Assembly (NCBI GenBank): GCA_902604945.1
Contig: CACLAG010000002.1
Span: 3,893-67,892, forward strand
Length of the DNA stretch: 64,000 nucleotides
Direction: 5' to 3'
From: an uncultured SAR92 cluster bacterium
GTDB lineage: Bacteria > Pseudomonadota > Gammaproteobacteria > Pseudomonadales > Porticoccaceae
Below are positions 40,166 through 49,562 of the stretch, in pieces. A model generated the notes under the pieces. It ran no database searches, had not been told where the DNA came from, and worked only from the letters and a program-made list of their open reading frames with translations. Position numbers and translations under genes: made by a program. Numbering within the stretch: the first letter of the stretch is position 1; each line of letters opens with the position of its first letter.

Positions 40166-42286
40166 TTAGTCTAGTGTATTTTTTACTCTGTGCACTCGAT
40201 GAACAGGCTTCAAACCTCTTGTCCGTCTCATTATTTTTGCCAAGTGCGCTCGATCTTTTACTGTAAGCACAATATTAATAATGCTGGTGTATGCGTCTTT
40301 TTCTGTTACATTAATTTGATCAATCGTAGCATCACTTTCAGTTATTCTAGCTGCAAGCGCGGCGATAAAGCCGCGCTCTGGTCTTAGTTCTACTTTTAGC
40401 TCGACTGCAAATTCACCTTTCACTACCGATGACCAAACCAGTGGCATGCATTTTTCTGGATTCATTCTTATTTCTTTAAGATTTCTGCAAGCTTCTCGGT
40501 GTATCACTAATCCTTTACCTGGAGTTAAATGACCAAGAATAGGATCCCCCAGTATTGGGCGACAGCACTTTCCGTATTGGACAATCAATCCCTCAGATGA
40601 ATCAATAACAACTGGTGATTCGTATTTTTTTTTGCGATCAATATTGGTTCGTTTATCAGGAGGAACCAAAATATTCGCAACTGCAAAAGGTACTCGGTTC
40701 CCCAGCCCAATCTGCTGCAAAACAAATTCAAACGTAGATGACTTAGTTTCTTTTAATAGTTTTTTAATTTGAGATTTTTTTAGTTCTTTATAGCTTGTGC
40801 CAATATTTTTTAAAGCTTGATCCAAAAGACGCTTTCCAAGATCAACTGACTCGTCATGTTGTTGATTTTTTAAAAAATGCCGTATGGCGCTTCTAGCTTT
40901 GGCGGTAACAACGAAGTTCAACCAGTTTGGATTTGGTTGTGCCCCGGGAGTATTTATAATTTCGACCTTTTGCCCGCTCTCTAAAGGCTCTGACAAGGGT
41001 GTTAATTCACCATCTACATGGCATGCTATGCAACTGTCGCCTAGATCTGTATGTAAAGAGTATGCAAAATCAATTGGAGTCGCACCACTTGGGAGCTCAA
41101 TGATCTTTCCTTGAGGAGTAAAAACATATACTTCGTCTGGAAATAAGTCTGACTTGACGTGCTCTAAAAATTCAAGAGAATTACCAGCTTGTCTTTGCAT
41201 TTCTAGCAAATCTTGCACCCATCTTGCAGCTTTTCTTTGACTGACTTCTATATTGTCTCTTCCTGTTTTATATTCCCAATGTGCAGCAATACCAAAGTTT
41301 GCCATTTTATCCATTTCATTTGTTCTAATTTGGACTTCAATAGCTACTCCGTGCATGCCAACTAGTACGGTGTGTAATGATTGATATCCATTTGCTTTCG
41401 GTATAGCGATATAGTCCTTGAACTCCCCAGGAACTGGCTTATAAATATTGTGAACAATGCCGAGAGCTCGATAACAATCGTCCACATTGGCCACGATTAA
41501 TCGGAAGGCAAACACATCCATAATGTCATGAAAATGTTTCTTTTTTTTCCGCATCTTCTTATAGATACTCCATAGATGCTTTTCCCGGCTCTTAACTGTG
41601 GCAGTGACATTTTCTTTTGCAAGACGGATTTCCATTGACTCATGAATTTCTGTAATGATTTCCCTTTTATTTTTTCTGGAAGCCTTGAGCGCTTCTCTGA
41701 GACGTCTGTATCGTAGGGGGTACATCGCGGCAAAACCTAAATTTTCAAATTCGAGTCTCACATCGTTAATACCTAGTCTTTGAGCAATTGGCGCATAGAT
41801 ATCAATCGTTTCTTTAGCAATACGTCGTCTTTTGTCTGGCGGTAATACGCCTAAAGTTCTCATGTTATGAAGTCGGTCGGCCAATTTCACCAAAACGACT
41901 CTAATATCTTTAGACATTGCCAATGTCATTTTTTGGAAGCTATCTGCTTGCTGCTCTGCTCTTGAAGCTGTCTCGATCTCACTTAATTTACTTACACCAT
42001 CCACAAGCGAGGCAACGGTTCTGCCAAACCGTCTGCTTATTTGGTTTTTTGTGACCCCAGTATCTTCAATAACGTCGTGTAAGAGAGCCGCTATAAGGCT
42101 TTCATGATCCATGCGCATATCGGCCAAGATATTCGCAACAGCAAGTGGATGAGTTATGTATGGATCTCCGCTATGTCGGAGTTGACCTAAATGACACTCT
42201 TCAGAGTACAGATAAGCTTTTTCTATATTCGTGATTTCAGCTTCGGGGAGATAACCAGTTAGCTTATCTGTGAGTCCATTTAACAA
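40166..42286 (-). CDS. spoT: Bifunctional (p)ppGpp synthetase/hydrolase SpoT
   Basis: 706 aa. Intact HD hydrolase motif (HDVIEDT), synthetase, TGS and ACT regions. gmk-rpoZ-spoT order. TTG start per track. Confidence 0.93.
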   Translation of the reverse strand: MLNGLTDKLTGYLPEAEITNIEKAYLYSEECHLGQLRHSGDPYITHPLAVANILADMRMDHESLIAALLHDVIEDTGVTKNQISRRFGRTVASLVDGVSKLSEIETASRAEQQADSFQKMTLAMSKDIRVVLVKLADRLHNMRTLGVLPPDKRRRIAKETIDIYAPIAQRLGINDVRLEFENLGFAAMYPLRYRRLREALKASRKNKREIITEIHESMEIRLAKENVTATVKSREKHLWSIYKKMRKKKKHFHDIMDVFAFRLIVANVDDCYRALGIVHNIYKPVPGEFKDYIAIPKANGYQSLHTVLVGMHGVAIEVQIRTNEMDKMANFGIAAHWEYKTGRDNIEVSQRKAARWVQDLLEMQRQAGNSLEFLEHVKSDLFPDEVYVFTPQGKIIELPSGATPIDFAYSLHTDLGDSCIACHVDGELTPLSEPLESGQKVEIINTPGAQPNPNWLNFVVTAKARSAIRHFLKNQQHDESVDLGKRLLDQALKNIGTSYKELKKSQIKKLLKETKSSTFEFVLQQIGLGNRVPFAVANILVPPDKRTNIDRKKKYESPVVIDSSEGLIVQYGKCCRPILGDPILGHLTPGKGLVIHREACRNLKEIRMNPEKCMPLVWSSVVKGEFAVELKVELRPERGFIAALAARITESDATIDQINVTEKDAYTSIINIVLTVKDRAHLAKIMRRTRGLKPVHRVHRVKNTLD

Positions 42287-42317
42287 AAGTTGAACCTCTC
42301 AAATTTTGTTACTTACT

Positions 42318-42605
42318 TTATTCGGAGGTAGTTTCAACTTCTGGTTGCGAGTCATCGCCCGCCGGCTCCGCCATGTCTTCGTCGAGAATATCAAAGTCTT
42401 TGGGTATCTCAGTGAGTATATCCGCAGTAACTAAACCTTCTTCAATTTCTCTTAACGCTATGACAGTTGGCTTGTCATTTTCCTCATCAACCAAAGCTGG
42501 GCGTCCCTCAACTGCTATTTGCCTTGCTCGTTTTGACCCCACCATCACCAACTCAAATCTATTTTCTACATTTTCTAAACATTCTTCAACGGTAATTCTA
42601 GCCAT
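42318..42605 (-). CDS. rpoZ: DNA-directed RNA polymerase subunit omega
   Basis: [10 protein letters not shown]... from the ATG at 42605. The track ORF carries 19 extra upstream codons that I consider unlikely. Confidence 0.93.
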   Translation of the reverse strand: MARITVEECLENVENRFELVMVGSKRARQIAVEGRPALVDEENDKPTVIALREIEEGLVTADILTEIPKDFDILDEDMAEPAGDDSQPEVETTSE

Positions 42606-42707
42606 TATTTTCACCTTTCCTTTAATAGGCGCTAGTTTAACTAAATTAGTCTTATTCAACAAATCAAGTTGACAAAAACTTAAATCATTTCTTGAGATTT
42701 GAAACTA

Positions 42708-43316
42708 TTAGATAAGTAACTTATCTAATATCGAATTAATTTTTGTGTTCGCAACTCGGCTTTTGTCTACATCGATGATTCTTAAGAGTTCGCGAACTGA
42801 GATGTCGAAGTCTTCATTAACAATAAAATAATCAAATTCCTTGCAATGTTTAATCTCGTTTTTAGCTGCTGAAAGGCGTCCACAAATTGTATTATCGTCG
42901 TCTTGTCCTCTTTTCCTTAGACGCTCCTCAAGTTCTTTAATTGATGGTGGCAGTATAAATATGCTTGTGTTGTTTGGAAATTTGTTACGGACTTGACTTG
43001 CACCCTGCCAATCAATCTCTAGAATGACATTTACTCCGTTATCGATCGATTTTTTTACTAGTTGAATCGAGGTTCCATAGCGGTATCCATAAATACTTGC
43101 ATACTCAATAAAACTATTATTCAGAACCATCTGATCGAACTCTTTTTCGGAGATAAAAAAATAGTCTTTTCCATGTTGTTCTTTCGACCTTGGAGGACGA
43201 GTCGTATACGAAATTGACACTTCTACATCCGAACGCACGCCAACACAATGCCGAACAAGGCTAGTTTTTCCAGCTCCAGATGGTGCGGAAATGATAAATA
43301 AGTTTCCAAATATCAT
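42708..43316 (-). CDS. gmk: Guanylate kinase
   Basis: 202 aa. P-loop SAPSGAGKTSL and TTRPPR motif. Confidence 0.95.
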   Translation of the reverse strand: MIFGNLFIISAPSGAGKTSLVRHCVGVRSDVEVSISYTTRPPRSKEQHGKDYFFISEKEFDQMVLNNSFIEYASIYGYRYGTSIQLVKKSIDNGVNVILEIDWQGASQVRNKFPNNTSIFILPPSIKELEERLRKRGQDDDNTICGRLSAAKNEIKHCKEFDYFIVNEDFDISVRELLRIIDVDKSRVANTKINSILDKLLI

Positions 43317-43441
43317 TTTAAAAATTCGATTGAATTACTTTATAATACTTTACCATTACTCAAAAGATAGTATCTACAAATTTTACGAAGCTTAAAATCA
43401 AGGTCCAAAATATCGAGAGATGTTACACTTCAGAGGATAAT

Positions 43442-43921
43442 TTGAACTCAATTGCAATGACTAATCAAAAAACATTAGCGTCTCAATACACCAAGTTAGC
43501 AAGAGAACTCTGTCCAATATATAGATTTATCGGTATAGAGACAGTTAGTGTCGGTAACAATCTCTATAAGTGTTTCACTCCATTGGGGGAAAACAATAAA
43601 AATCATGTTGGTATTATGCATGCAGGACCTATTTGGATGACGGCGGAATATGTAGGCGCTTTGGTAGTTATGCACAACTGTAATGATGACTTTCAACCAG
43701 TTGTTGGCAGTCTTGATATAAAGTTCATTAATCCTGCGAAGGGCGGAATTTATGCAGAATTACTCTTTGGTGATGATAAGGTACGGATTATGAAACAAGA
43801 TCTTTTATTACACGGCAAACATAAGTATGAGGCTACAATTACTTTAAGAAACGAAAACGAAGAAAAAATAGCAGAAGCAACAGGAACTTATTTCGTGAGA
43901 GATTTTCTAAATAAATCCTAA
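43442..43921 (+). CDS. Hotdog-fold thioesterase-like protein (PaaI/YiiD-C-terminal type)
   Basis: 159 aa, TTG start 4 nt after AGAGGA. NHVGIMHAGPIWMTAEY segment is typical of hotdog thioesterases. The family assignment is tentative. Confidence 0.55.
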   Translation: MNSIAMTNQKTLASQYTKLARELCPIYRFIGIETVSVGNNLYKCFTPLGENNKNHVGIMHAGPIWMTAEYVGALVVMHNCNDDFQPVVGSLDIKFINPAKGGIYAELLFGDDKVRIMKQDLLLHGKHKYEATITLRNENEEKIAEATGTYFVRDFLNKS

Positions 43922-43935
43922 ATTAGCATAGAACT

Positions 43936-44172
43936 ATGAAATTAAATTATATCTGTGTGCTGCTACTGTTTATTTTATCAACTTCTGTAGGTTGTGTTCG
44001 TGGTTCTTTGACACCAGGAGAGGAGGCTGCAGAGCTTTCAAAATTCTGTGCTTCTGTAGCCTCCCGGTTACCTTCAGTTGATGAGATTATACTAAGCGAC
44101 GACAATCTAATTTCATTTGGTGAATGCATGTCTGATCATGGGTATATAGACCAGATTCATAGGAATAATTAA
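43936..44172 (+). CDS. Small secreted or lipoprotein-like Cys-containing protein
   Basis: 78 aa. Hydrophobic signal sequence ending STSVGC (imperfect lipobox) and two further Cys residues. I recognise no family. Confidence 0.5.
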   Translation: MKLNYICVLLLFILSTSVGCVRGSLTPGEEAAELSKFCASVASRLPSVDEIILSDDNLISFGECMSDHGYIDQIHRNN

Positions 44173-44180
44173 GCTAGCTA

Positions 44181-45044
44181 TTATTCGATATTTTGGACTT
44201 GCTCTCTGATTTGCTCTATCAAAACCTTCAGTTCGATCGCTGCCCCACTGGTAACATCTGAAAGTGACTTTGAGCCAAGTGTATTGGCTTCTCTGTTCAT
44301 TTCTTGCATTAGAAAATCCAGCTTTCTGCCTATCGATTTGTCTGTGCCCAATAATCTTTTGACTTCGGTCGTATGCGACCTCATACGAACAATCTCTTCA
44401 TCAATATCTGATCTGTTCGCAAGTATTACCATTTCTTGATCCAGTCTGTCTCGGTCGATTTGAATAGCGAGTTCATCTGCCCTTTTTTTAAGTCGTTTGC
44501 GGTTTAATTCAAGAAGTTTTGGAAGTTTCTTTTCTAAAGAAGCAATTTGAGTTTCGATTGCACTGATTTTGATCAGCATGTCTTTTTTAAGCTTTTTGCC
44601 TTCTATATCTCGATAATCTATTAGTTTGCTGATTGCATCTCTGAATCCTTTGATAATCAAATCTCTTAAATTGTCCAGCTTTGAATGTTTTTCTATGAGT
44701 ACTCCTGGTAGTTTGAGAAAATCTGTGATTGAGATAGGTGCTGGATCTTTAATTTCGTTTTTTAAGTGATGTATTGATTCAATGTATTTTCTAATTTGAG
44801 CCTCATTTAAGGCTATGTCAGGCAAATTTTCGCTCTCATGGATGGTAATTATGCATTCAATCTTTCCTCTAGTTAGCTCTTGTTTTATAAAGTTTCGTAA
44901 CTCTACTTCAAGTTGTTTTAACGCGTCGGGGATTTTAAAGTTAATTTCTATAAATCTGTGATTTACAGATTTTAGTTCGACAACCAATGACCCAAATTCA
45001 CCACTTATATCGGTCCGACTAAAGGCAGTCATACTTTTAGGCAT
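44181..45044 (-). CDS. yicC: YicC-family stress-induced protein
   Basis: 287 aa. MTAFSR N-terminus and C-terminal EMNREANTLGSK...EQIREQVQNIE signature. Adjacent to rph. Confidence 0.9.
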   Translation of the reverse strand: MPKSMTAFSRTDISGEFGSLVVELKSVNHRFIEINFKIPDALKQLEVELRNFIKQELTRGKIECIITIHESENLPDIALNEAQIRKYIESIHHLKNEIKDPAPISITDFLKLPGVLIEKHSKLDNLRDLIIKGFRDAISKLIDYRDIEGKKLKKDMLIKISAIETQIASLEKKLPKLLELNRKRLKKRADELAIQIDRDRLDQEMVILANRSDIDEEIVRMRSHTTEVKRLLGTDKSIGRKLDFLMQEMNREANTLGSKSLSDVTSGAAIELKVLIEQIREQVQNIE

Positions 45045-45106
45045 TATTTAATCCTCTATTAGATTTTTAATATTTTATCAAAGCTATCTAAAGGGGTGAT
45101 ACACTT

Positions 45107-45841
45107 ATGTTTCTTTTTTTTAGGTACTTAACTTTGAGACACGACGGTAGAGCATCGGAAGATTTGCGTTCAATAAAACTAACTCGAAATTTTCTTGAGG
45201 CAGCAGAGGGCTCGGTATTAATAGAAGTTGGGAAAACAAAAGTATTGTGTACCGCGAGCATTGAAAATTCTGTTCCAAGATTCATGCGTGGGAAAAATAG
45301 AGGGTGGATTACTGCTGAATATGGAATGATCCCTCGATCCACTCTACAAAGGATGGATCGAGAAGCTGTTAGAGGGAAGCAAAAAGGAAGAACACAAGAA
45401 ATACAGCGCTTAATAGGCCGATCTTTGAGAGCGTCAGTTGACTTATCTCAGCTTGGTGAACGAACCATACATATTGATTGTGATGTTATTCAAGCAGATG
45501 GTGGTACAAGAACAGCTTCGATTTCAGGTGCTTGGGTTGCTTTGAATGATGCAATTATGAGTTTATTAACGGAGGGAGCAATATCAGAAAATCCGATTAT
45601 ATATCAGATCGCAGCTGTATCAGTTGGTATTGTGAATGGAGTGCCAGTTTTAGATTTAGATTATGTAGAGGATTCAAATGCTGAGACAGATATGAATATA
45701 GTCATGGATGAAAATGGAAAATTTATCGAGGTACAAGGAACAGCAGAAAACAGCGCATTTAGCATGGATGAATTAAATAAGATGCTCGAATTGGCAGGAT
45801 CCGGAATTAAAATTTTAATGTCATATCAAGTTGGAAAATAA
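45107..45841 (+). CDS. rph: Ribonuclease PH
   Basis: RHDGRA...[18 protein letters not shown] and [16 protein letters not shown] motifs. The ATG at 45107 has an AAGGGG upstream. An in-frame TTG at 45134 would give the canonical MRHDGR N-terminus. Confidence 0.93.
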   Translation: MFLFFRYLTLRHDGRASEDLRSIKLTRNFLEAAEGSVLIEVGKTKVLCTASIENSVPRFMRGKNRGWITAEYGMIPRSTLQRMDREAVRGKQKGRTQEIQRLIGRSLRASVDLSQLGERTIHIDCDVIQADGGTRTASISGAWVALNDAIMSLLTEGAISENPIIYQIAAVSVGIVNGVPVLDLDYVEDSNAETDMNIVMDENGKFIEVQGTAENSAFSMDELNKMLELAGSGIKILMSYQVGK

Positions 45842-45849
45842 AGATTTAT

Positions 45850-46509
45850 ATGCAAACTCAGTATTTAATTGACTACAAACAAATGTTTATAGATATTGCT
45901 CTTGACTCAGGTGCTCTAAAGTTTGGTTCATTTAAATTAAAATCTGGGCGAGAGTCGCCGTATTTTTTTAATGCGGGCGAGTTTCACTCTGGTAAAGTCC
46001 TCAAGAAACTAGGACTTTGTTATGCTGCGGCTCTTAAGCGATCAGATTTGAGGTTTGATATGCTGTTTGGCCCAGCATACAAGGGAATCCCTTTGGTCTC
46101 TAGTATGGCGGTTGCGCTCTTTGATAATTATAAAATAGATGCTCCTTACTGCTTTAATCGTAAAGAAGAAAAACAACATGGTGAGGCTGGATTTATAGTT
46201 GGTGCTCCGATTAGTGGTGAAGTAATCATTATTGATGATGTGATAACAGCGGGCACTGCTGTTAAGGAGTCGCTGGATATAATTACAAAGTCAGGTGGAA
46301 AAGTTAAAGCGATCATAGTGGGATTAGATAGGAAAGAAAGAGGGTCCAGTGAGATGTCAGCAACTCAAGAGATCGAGAGGGATTACTCAATACCAGTTTT
46401 AAGTATCATCGATATTGATGATATCATTCGATTCGTTTCTAACGAGAAAATGCCTTTAAAAATATTAAATGATATTTCGGCCTATAGAGATAAATTTGGC
46501 GTTACGTGA
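45850..46509 (+). CDS. pyrE: Orotate phosphoribosyltransferase
   Basis: 219 aa. PRPP-binding motif VIIIDDVITAGTA. Only 8 nt after rph, so there is no attenuator leader. Confidence 0.95.
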   Translation: MQTQYLIDYKQMFIDIALDSGALKFGSFKLKSGRESPYFFNAGEFHSGKVLKKLGLCYAAALKRSDLRFDMLFGPAYKGIPLVSSMAVALFDNYKIDAPYCFNRKEEKQHGEAGFIVGAPISGEVIIIDDVITAGTAVKESLDIITKSGGKVKAIIVGLDRKERGSSEMSATQEIERDYSIPVLSIIDIDDIIRFVSNEKMPLKILNDISAYRDKFGVT

Positions 46510-46511
46510 AA

Positions 46512-47105
46512 CTATTTTTGGGAAATACCTGAAACTATTACTTTCCATTGGTTAGAGTGACTTTGTAGGGGGTTTTTGTTGAAATCACTCCTGACATACG
46601 CACTTATTTTCCCTTCTACTATCGTTATCATTAGATTTGCTATTGATTCAATAGTGTCAAGCAGCTCGAATTCGAACCGACTTTGGCCTTCAAGCAAAGT
46701 GCTTTGGAATTGTAACTCGAGTCTGTCATAAAAGGTTTTGATTCTTGCAGGGAGAACTGAGTCCTCATAAGCCAGCGCATCACCATTAAGTAATCTAGTA
46801 ATGCCAGGATTTTTTACGCAAAAGTTCAGAATTAAACTTATGATCCGATTACATTGCTCAAACGCATTTTGGTTTTCGGCAGTAATACTTGAAATTCGAG
46901 CAAAGATTGTCTCCTCGGCAAAATCCAGCAGACCTTCATACATTTTTACTTTGCTTGGGAAATGTCGATATAGTGCAGCCTCAGAGATTTTGAGTTCCGA
47001 AGATAATGCGGCAGTTGTAATCCTGCCTTTCTGACTTTCTAGCATTCGAGCTAACGCTTGCAGTATTTCCTGTCGGCGCATTCCTTTTTTGAGACGCATA
47101 TTCAA
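46512..47105 (-). CDS. slmA: Nucleoid occlusion factor SlmA (TetR family)
   Basis: 197 aa. RRQEILQALARMLES...ITTAALSSELKISEAALYRHFPSK closely parallels E. coli SlmA (from memory). Position next to pyrE. Confidence 0.85.
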   Translation of the reverse strand: MNMRLKKGMRRQEILQALARMLESQKGRITTAALSSELKISEAALYRHFPSKVKMYEGLLDFAEETIFARISSITAENQNAFEQCNRIISLILNFCVKNPGITRLLNGDALAYEDSVLPARIKTFYDRLELQFQSTLLEGQSRFEFELLDTIESIANLMITIVEGKISAYVRSDFNKNPLQSHSNQWKVIVSGISQK

Positions 47106-47220
47106 CTCAAAGAAAATGAATCAAACCTAGTGTATGGATAAATGGTTATGAAATAAAGCGTTAAAGTGTCTATTGTTATCGATGAAAATTTAGGAGTTGC
47201 GAGATACAGTTCGTTAAAAA

Positions 47221-48426
47221 CTAATTAACAGTATTTTTTACTTTTGCTGCAATCAAAGTGATCAATTGTTTCGCGAGTAAGTTTTTATTCATTTTAGGAA
47301 AAGATTTTTCATTTTCTCTGTCAATCCAGATCACCTCATTATCCTCACTATTAAAGCCAATATCGATTCGTGAGACATCATTTGCGATAATTGCATTTAA
47401 ATTTTTAGCTTTGAGTTTTTCTTTTGCATATGTTTTTAAATTTTCTGTTTCTGCTGCAAACCCAACAGTAAAAATGTTTGGATAAGTCTTTGCAATCGTC
47501 TTTGCAATGTCCTTATTCTTTTTGAGCGAGATTACTATCTCTGATTCCGTAGATTTTATCTTCTCTGATATTTTTTTAACCGGGGCATAATCCGCGACAG
47601 CTGCAGTGCCTATAAATATATCGGCATCTTTTGAGCATATACATGCTTTCTCAAGCATCTCCTCGGCAGATGTCACCGAATGAAAATTTATTCTTGGTGA
47701 TGCTATGAGGCTGACTGGACCAGATATTAGTGTAACTTCAGCCCCTACCTCTTCAGCTGCCTGTGCGATTGCATATCCCATTTTCCCCGAACTTTGATTG
47801 GATATATACCTGACAGGATCTAGCCACTCTCGCGTTGGTCCAGCTGTTATTACTACCTTTTTCCCTGCCATTTCAAGAGGTTGAGTACACTCTATAATCT
47901 CATTTGCAATTTCGCTTGGACTGCTCATCCTACCTGGTCCATTGTCCCCACATGCTTGAATTCCAATATCGGGCCCGATTATTTTCACGCCTCTGTCAGT
48001 TAATTGTTTCACATTGAATGTTGTGGCCTCGTGCAACCACATAGACGTGTTCATTGCCGGGCATACGGTCACTTTCGCGTTTGTGGCGAGTAAAACTGCA
48101 CCCAGAAGAGTGTCAGCTTTGCCATACGCCATGCTGGCTATAAAATCTGCACTCGCCGGAGCAACAACAATAGAGTCTCCCCATTTTGCGAGCTCTATAT
48201 GACTCATTCCCAGTTCCGCTTTTTCGTCAAGTAATTGATGGTGAACTGGATTTCCAGATAATGCCTGCAGCGTAAGTGGACGAATAAATTCCATTGCACC
48301 GGGAGTCATAATTACTCTGACTTTAGCCCCTGCAGTTTTCAATAATCTTATGATTTCAGCGCTTTTGTATGCAGCAATTCCGCCGGTTACACCTAATATG
48401 ATTTTTTTGTCGCTGATTGTTCTCAT
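47221..48426 (-). CDS. coaBC: Bifunctional phosphopantothenoylcysteine decarboxylase / synthetase
   Basis: 401 aa. Flavoprotein N-terminus (ILGVTGGIAAYK) and CoaB C-terminal domain (ITAGPTRE, SNQSSGKMG). Confidence 0.95.
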   Translation of the reverse strand: MRTISDKKIILGVTGGIAAYKSAEIIRLLKTAGAKVRVIMTPGAMEFIRPLTLQALSGNPVHHQLLDEKAELGMSHIELAKWGDSIVVAPASADFIASMAYGKADTLLGAVLLATNAKVTVCPAMNTSMWLHEATTFNVKQLTDRGVKIIGPDIGIQACGDNGPGRMSSPSEIANEIIECTQPLEMAGKKVVITAGPTREWLDPVRYISNQSSGKMGYAIAQAAEEVGAEVTLISGPVSLIASPRINFHSVTSAEEMLEKACICSKDADIFIGTAAVADYAPVKKISEKIKSTESEIVISLKKNKDIAKTIAKTYPNIFTVGFAAETENLKTYAKEKLKAKNLNAIIANDVSRIDIGFNSEDNEVIWIDRENEKSFPKMNKNLLAKQLITLIAAKVKNTVN

Positions 48427-48600
48427 GAATTTTTGTGTCTCTATCGTTTTCCACTCACTTATATTATATCTTAGCAGGCGAATTATAAAATCCCAGCTGA
48501 AGCAATTGATATAAAGAATTGCATCTGGTATAAAGCTCTTCTTTTTTTAATCGCTAATAAGCGTCTCAACTTTTTAAATGCTGTAAGGAGTGACAATAAG

Positions 48601-48837
48601 ATGTCTAGGGTGTGCCAAGTAACTGGAAAGAGACCAATGGCGGGAAACAATGTCTCCCATGCAAAGAATAGGACAAGACGGCGTTTTGAGCCGAACTTGC
48701 ACACGCATAGGTTTTGGGTTGAGGAAGAAAAAAAATTTGTCAAATTACGAGTTAGCACAAAAGGAATGCGGATCATCGATAAGAAGGGTATTGATCAAGT
48801 GCTAGTAGATTTAAGAAAACGTGGTGAAAAAATTTAA
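48601..48837 (+). CDS. rpmB: 50S ribosomal protein L28
   Basis: 78 aa. [21 protein letters not shown]. Confidence 0.97.
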   Translation: MSRVCQVTGKRPMAGNNVSHAKNRTRRRFEPNLHTHRFWVEEEKKFVKLRVSTKGMRIIDKKGIDQVLVDLRKRGEKI

Positions 48838-48846
48838 GGGATATTT

Positions 48847-49014
48847 ATGGCTAAGTCGGCAAGAGAAAAAATTCGATTAGTTTCCAGTGCAGGTACAGGA
48901 CACTTTTACACAACTGACAAAAATAAAAGAAATATGCCTGAGAAGATGGAGATTAAAAAATATGACCCGAAAGTGCGTAAACATGTGGTCTATAAAGAAG
49001 CTAAAATAAAGTAG
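48847..49014 (+). CDS. rpmG: 50S ribosomal protein L33
   Basis: Not in the track (55 aa). Hand translation: [62 protein letters not shown] 6 nt upstream. rpmB-rpmG order. Confidence 0.93.
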   Translation: MAKSAREKIRLVSSAGTGHFYTTDKNKRNMPEKMEIKKYDPKVRKHVVYKEAKIK

Positions 49015-49030
49015 TTTTTTGCTTGTAAAT

Positions 49031-49061
49031 AAAAAACCCCGAATTAATCGGGGTTTTTTTT
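49031..49061. terminator. Bidirectional Rho-independent terminator shared by rpmG (+) and cspA (-)
   Basis: AAAAAA-CCCCGA-attaa-TCGGGG-TTTTTTTT read directly. A-tract and T-tract flank a GC stem. Confidence 0.85.
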
Positions 49062-49073
49062 GAGAATCTTTTA

Positions 49074-49286
49074 CTAGTCAGCTATTACATTCTCAGCTTG
49101 AAGGCCTTTGTCTCCCTCAGTCACTTCCATCGTAACCTTTTGCCCTTCTTTTAAAGACTTAAAGCCATCCGCCTGAATTGCGCTGTGATGAACAAAAACA
49201 TCGTTAGCTCCTTCCTGCTCAATAAATCCAAATCCCTTACTATCGTTAAACCACTTTACAGTGCCAGAAACTCTTTCCCCTGACAT
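49074..49286 (-). CDS. cspA: Cold-shock protein, CspA family
   Basis: 70 aa. [15 protein letters not shown] (RNP1) and VFVHHSAI (RNP2). Confidence 0.95.
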   Translation of the reverse strand: MSGERVSGTVKWFNDSKGFGFIEQEGANDVFVHHSAIQADGFKSLKEGQKVTMEVTEGDKGLQAENVIAD

Positions 49287-49436
49287 AATTACCTCACTTA
49301 TCTATACCGTTAAAGGCGTTAAAAAATTCCAGCCTTTTCACGGGCCAGCCATATGTCTTCATAAATGCACTACGAAGAAGCACCACGAATTCGTCATGGA
49401 AATCGCATTTTATTGTTTTTTTACTGATTTGGCCAA
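49287..49436 (-). promoter_or_regulatory. Putative cspA promoter (TTGGCC-N18-TAAAAT) and 5' leader of about 110 nt
   Basis: On the minus strand, -35 is at 49431-49436 and -10 at 49407-49412. The leader contains CGTAGTGCA (plus-strand coordinates 49366-49374) and CCTTTAACG. As I recall, both also occur in the E. coli cspA 5' UTR. Confidence 0.35.
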
Positions 49437-49562
49437 TTTTGTTTTAAAACCGTGTTTGGGACTGAGACTCCTAGTGCTTGTTCATGGTGTTTGATTTATT
49501 ATTGTGGGCTGAAAACATACGATATTTTATATTGATTGTTTCATTAATTTAAGAGCGGTGCG

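Noticed and set aside
49462-49467. CTGAGA, reminiscent of the TPP riboswitch core, in the cspA / FAD-oxidase spacer
   Set aside because: There is no accompanying ACCTGATCTGGATAATGCCAGC-like segment or pairing partners. The downstream gene is unrelated to thiamine.
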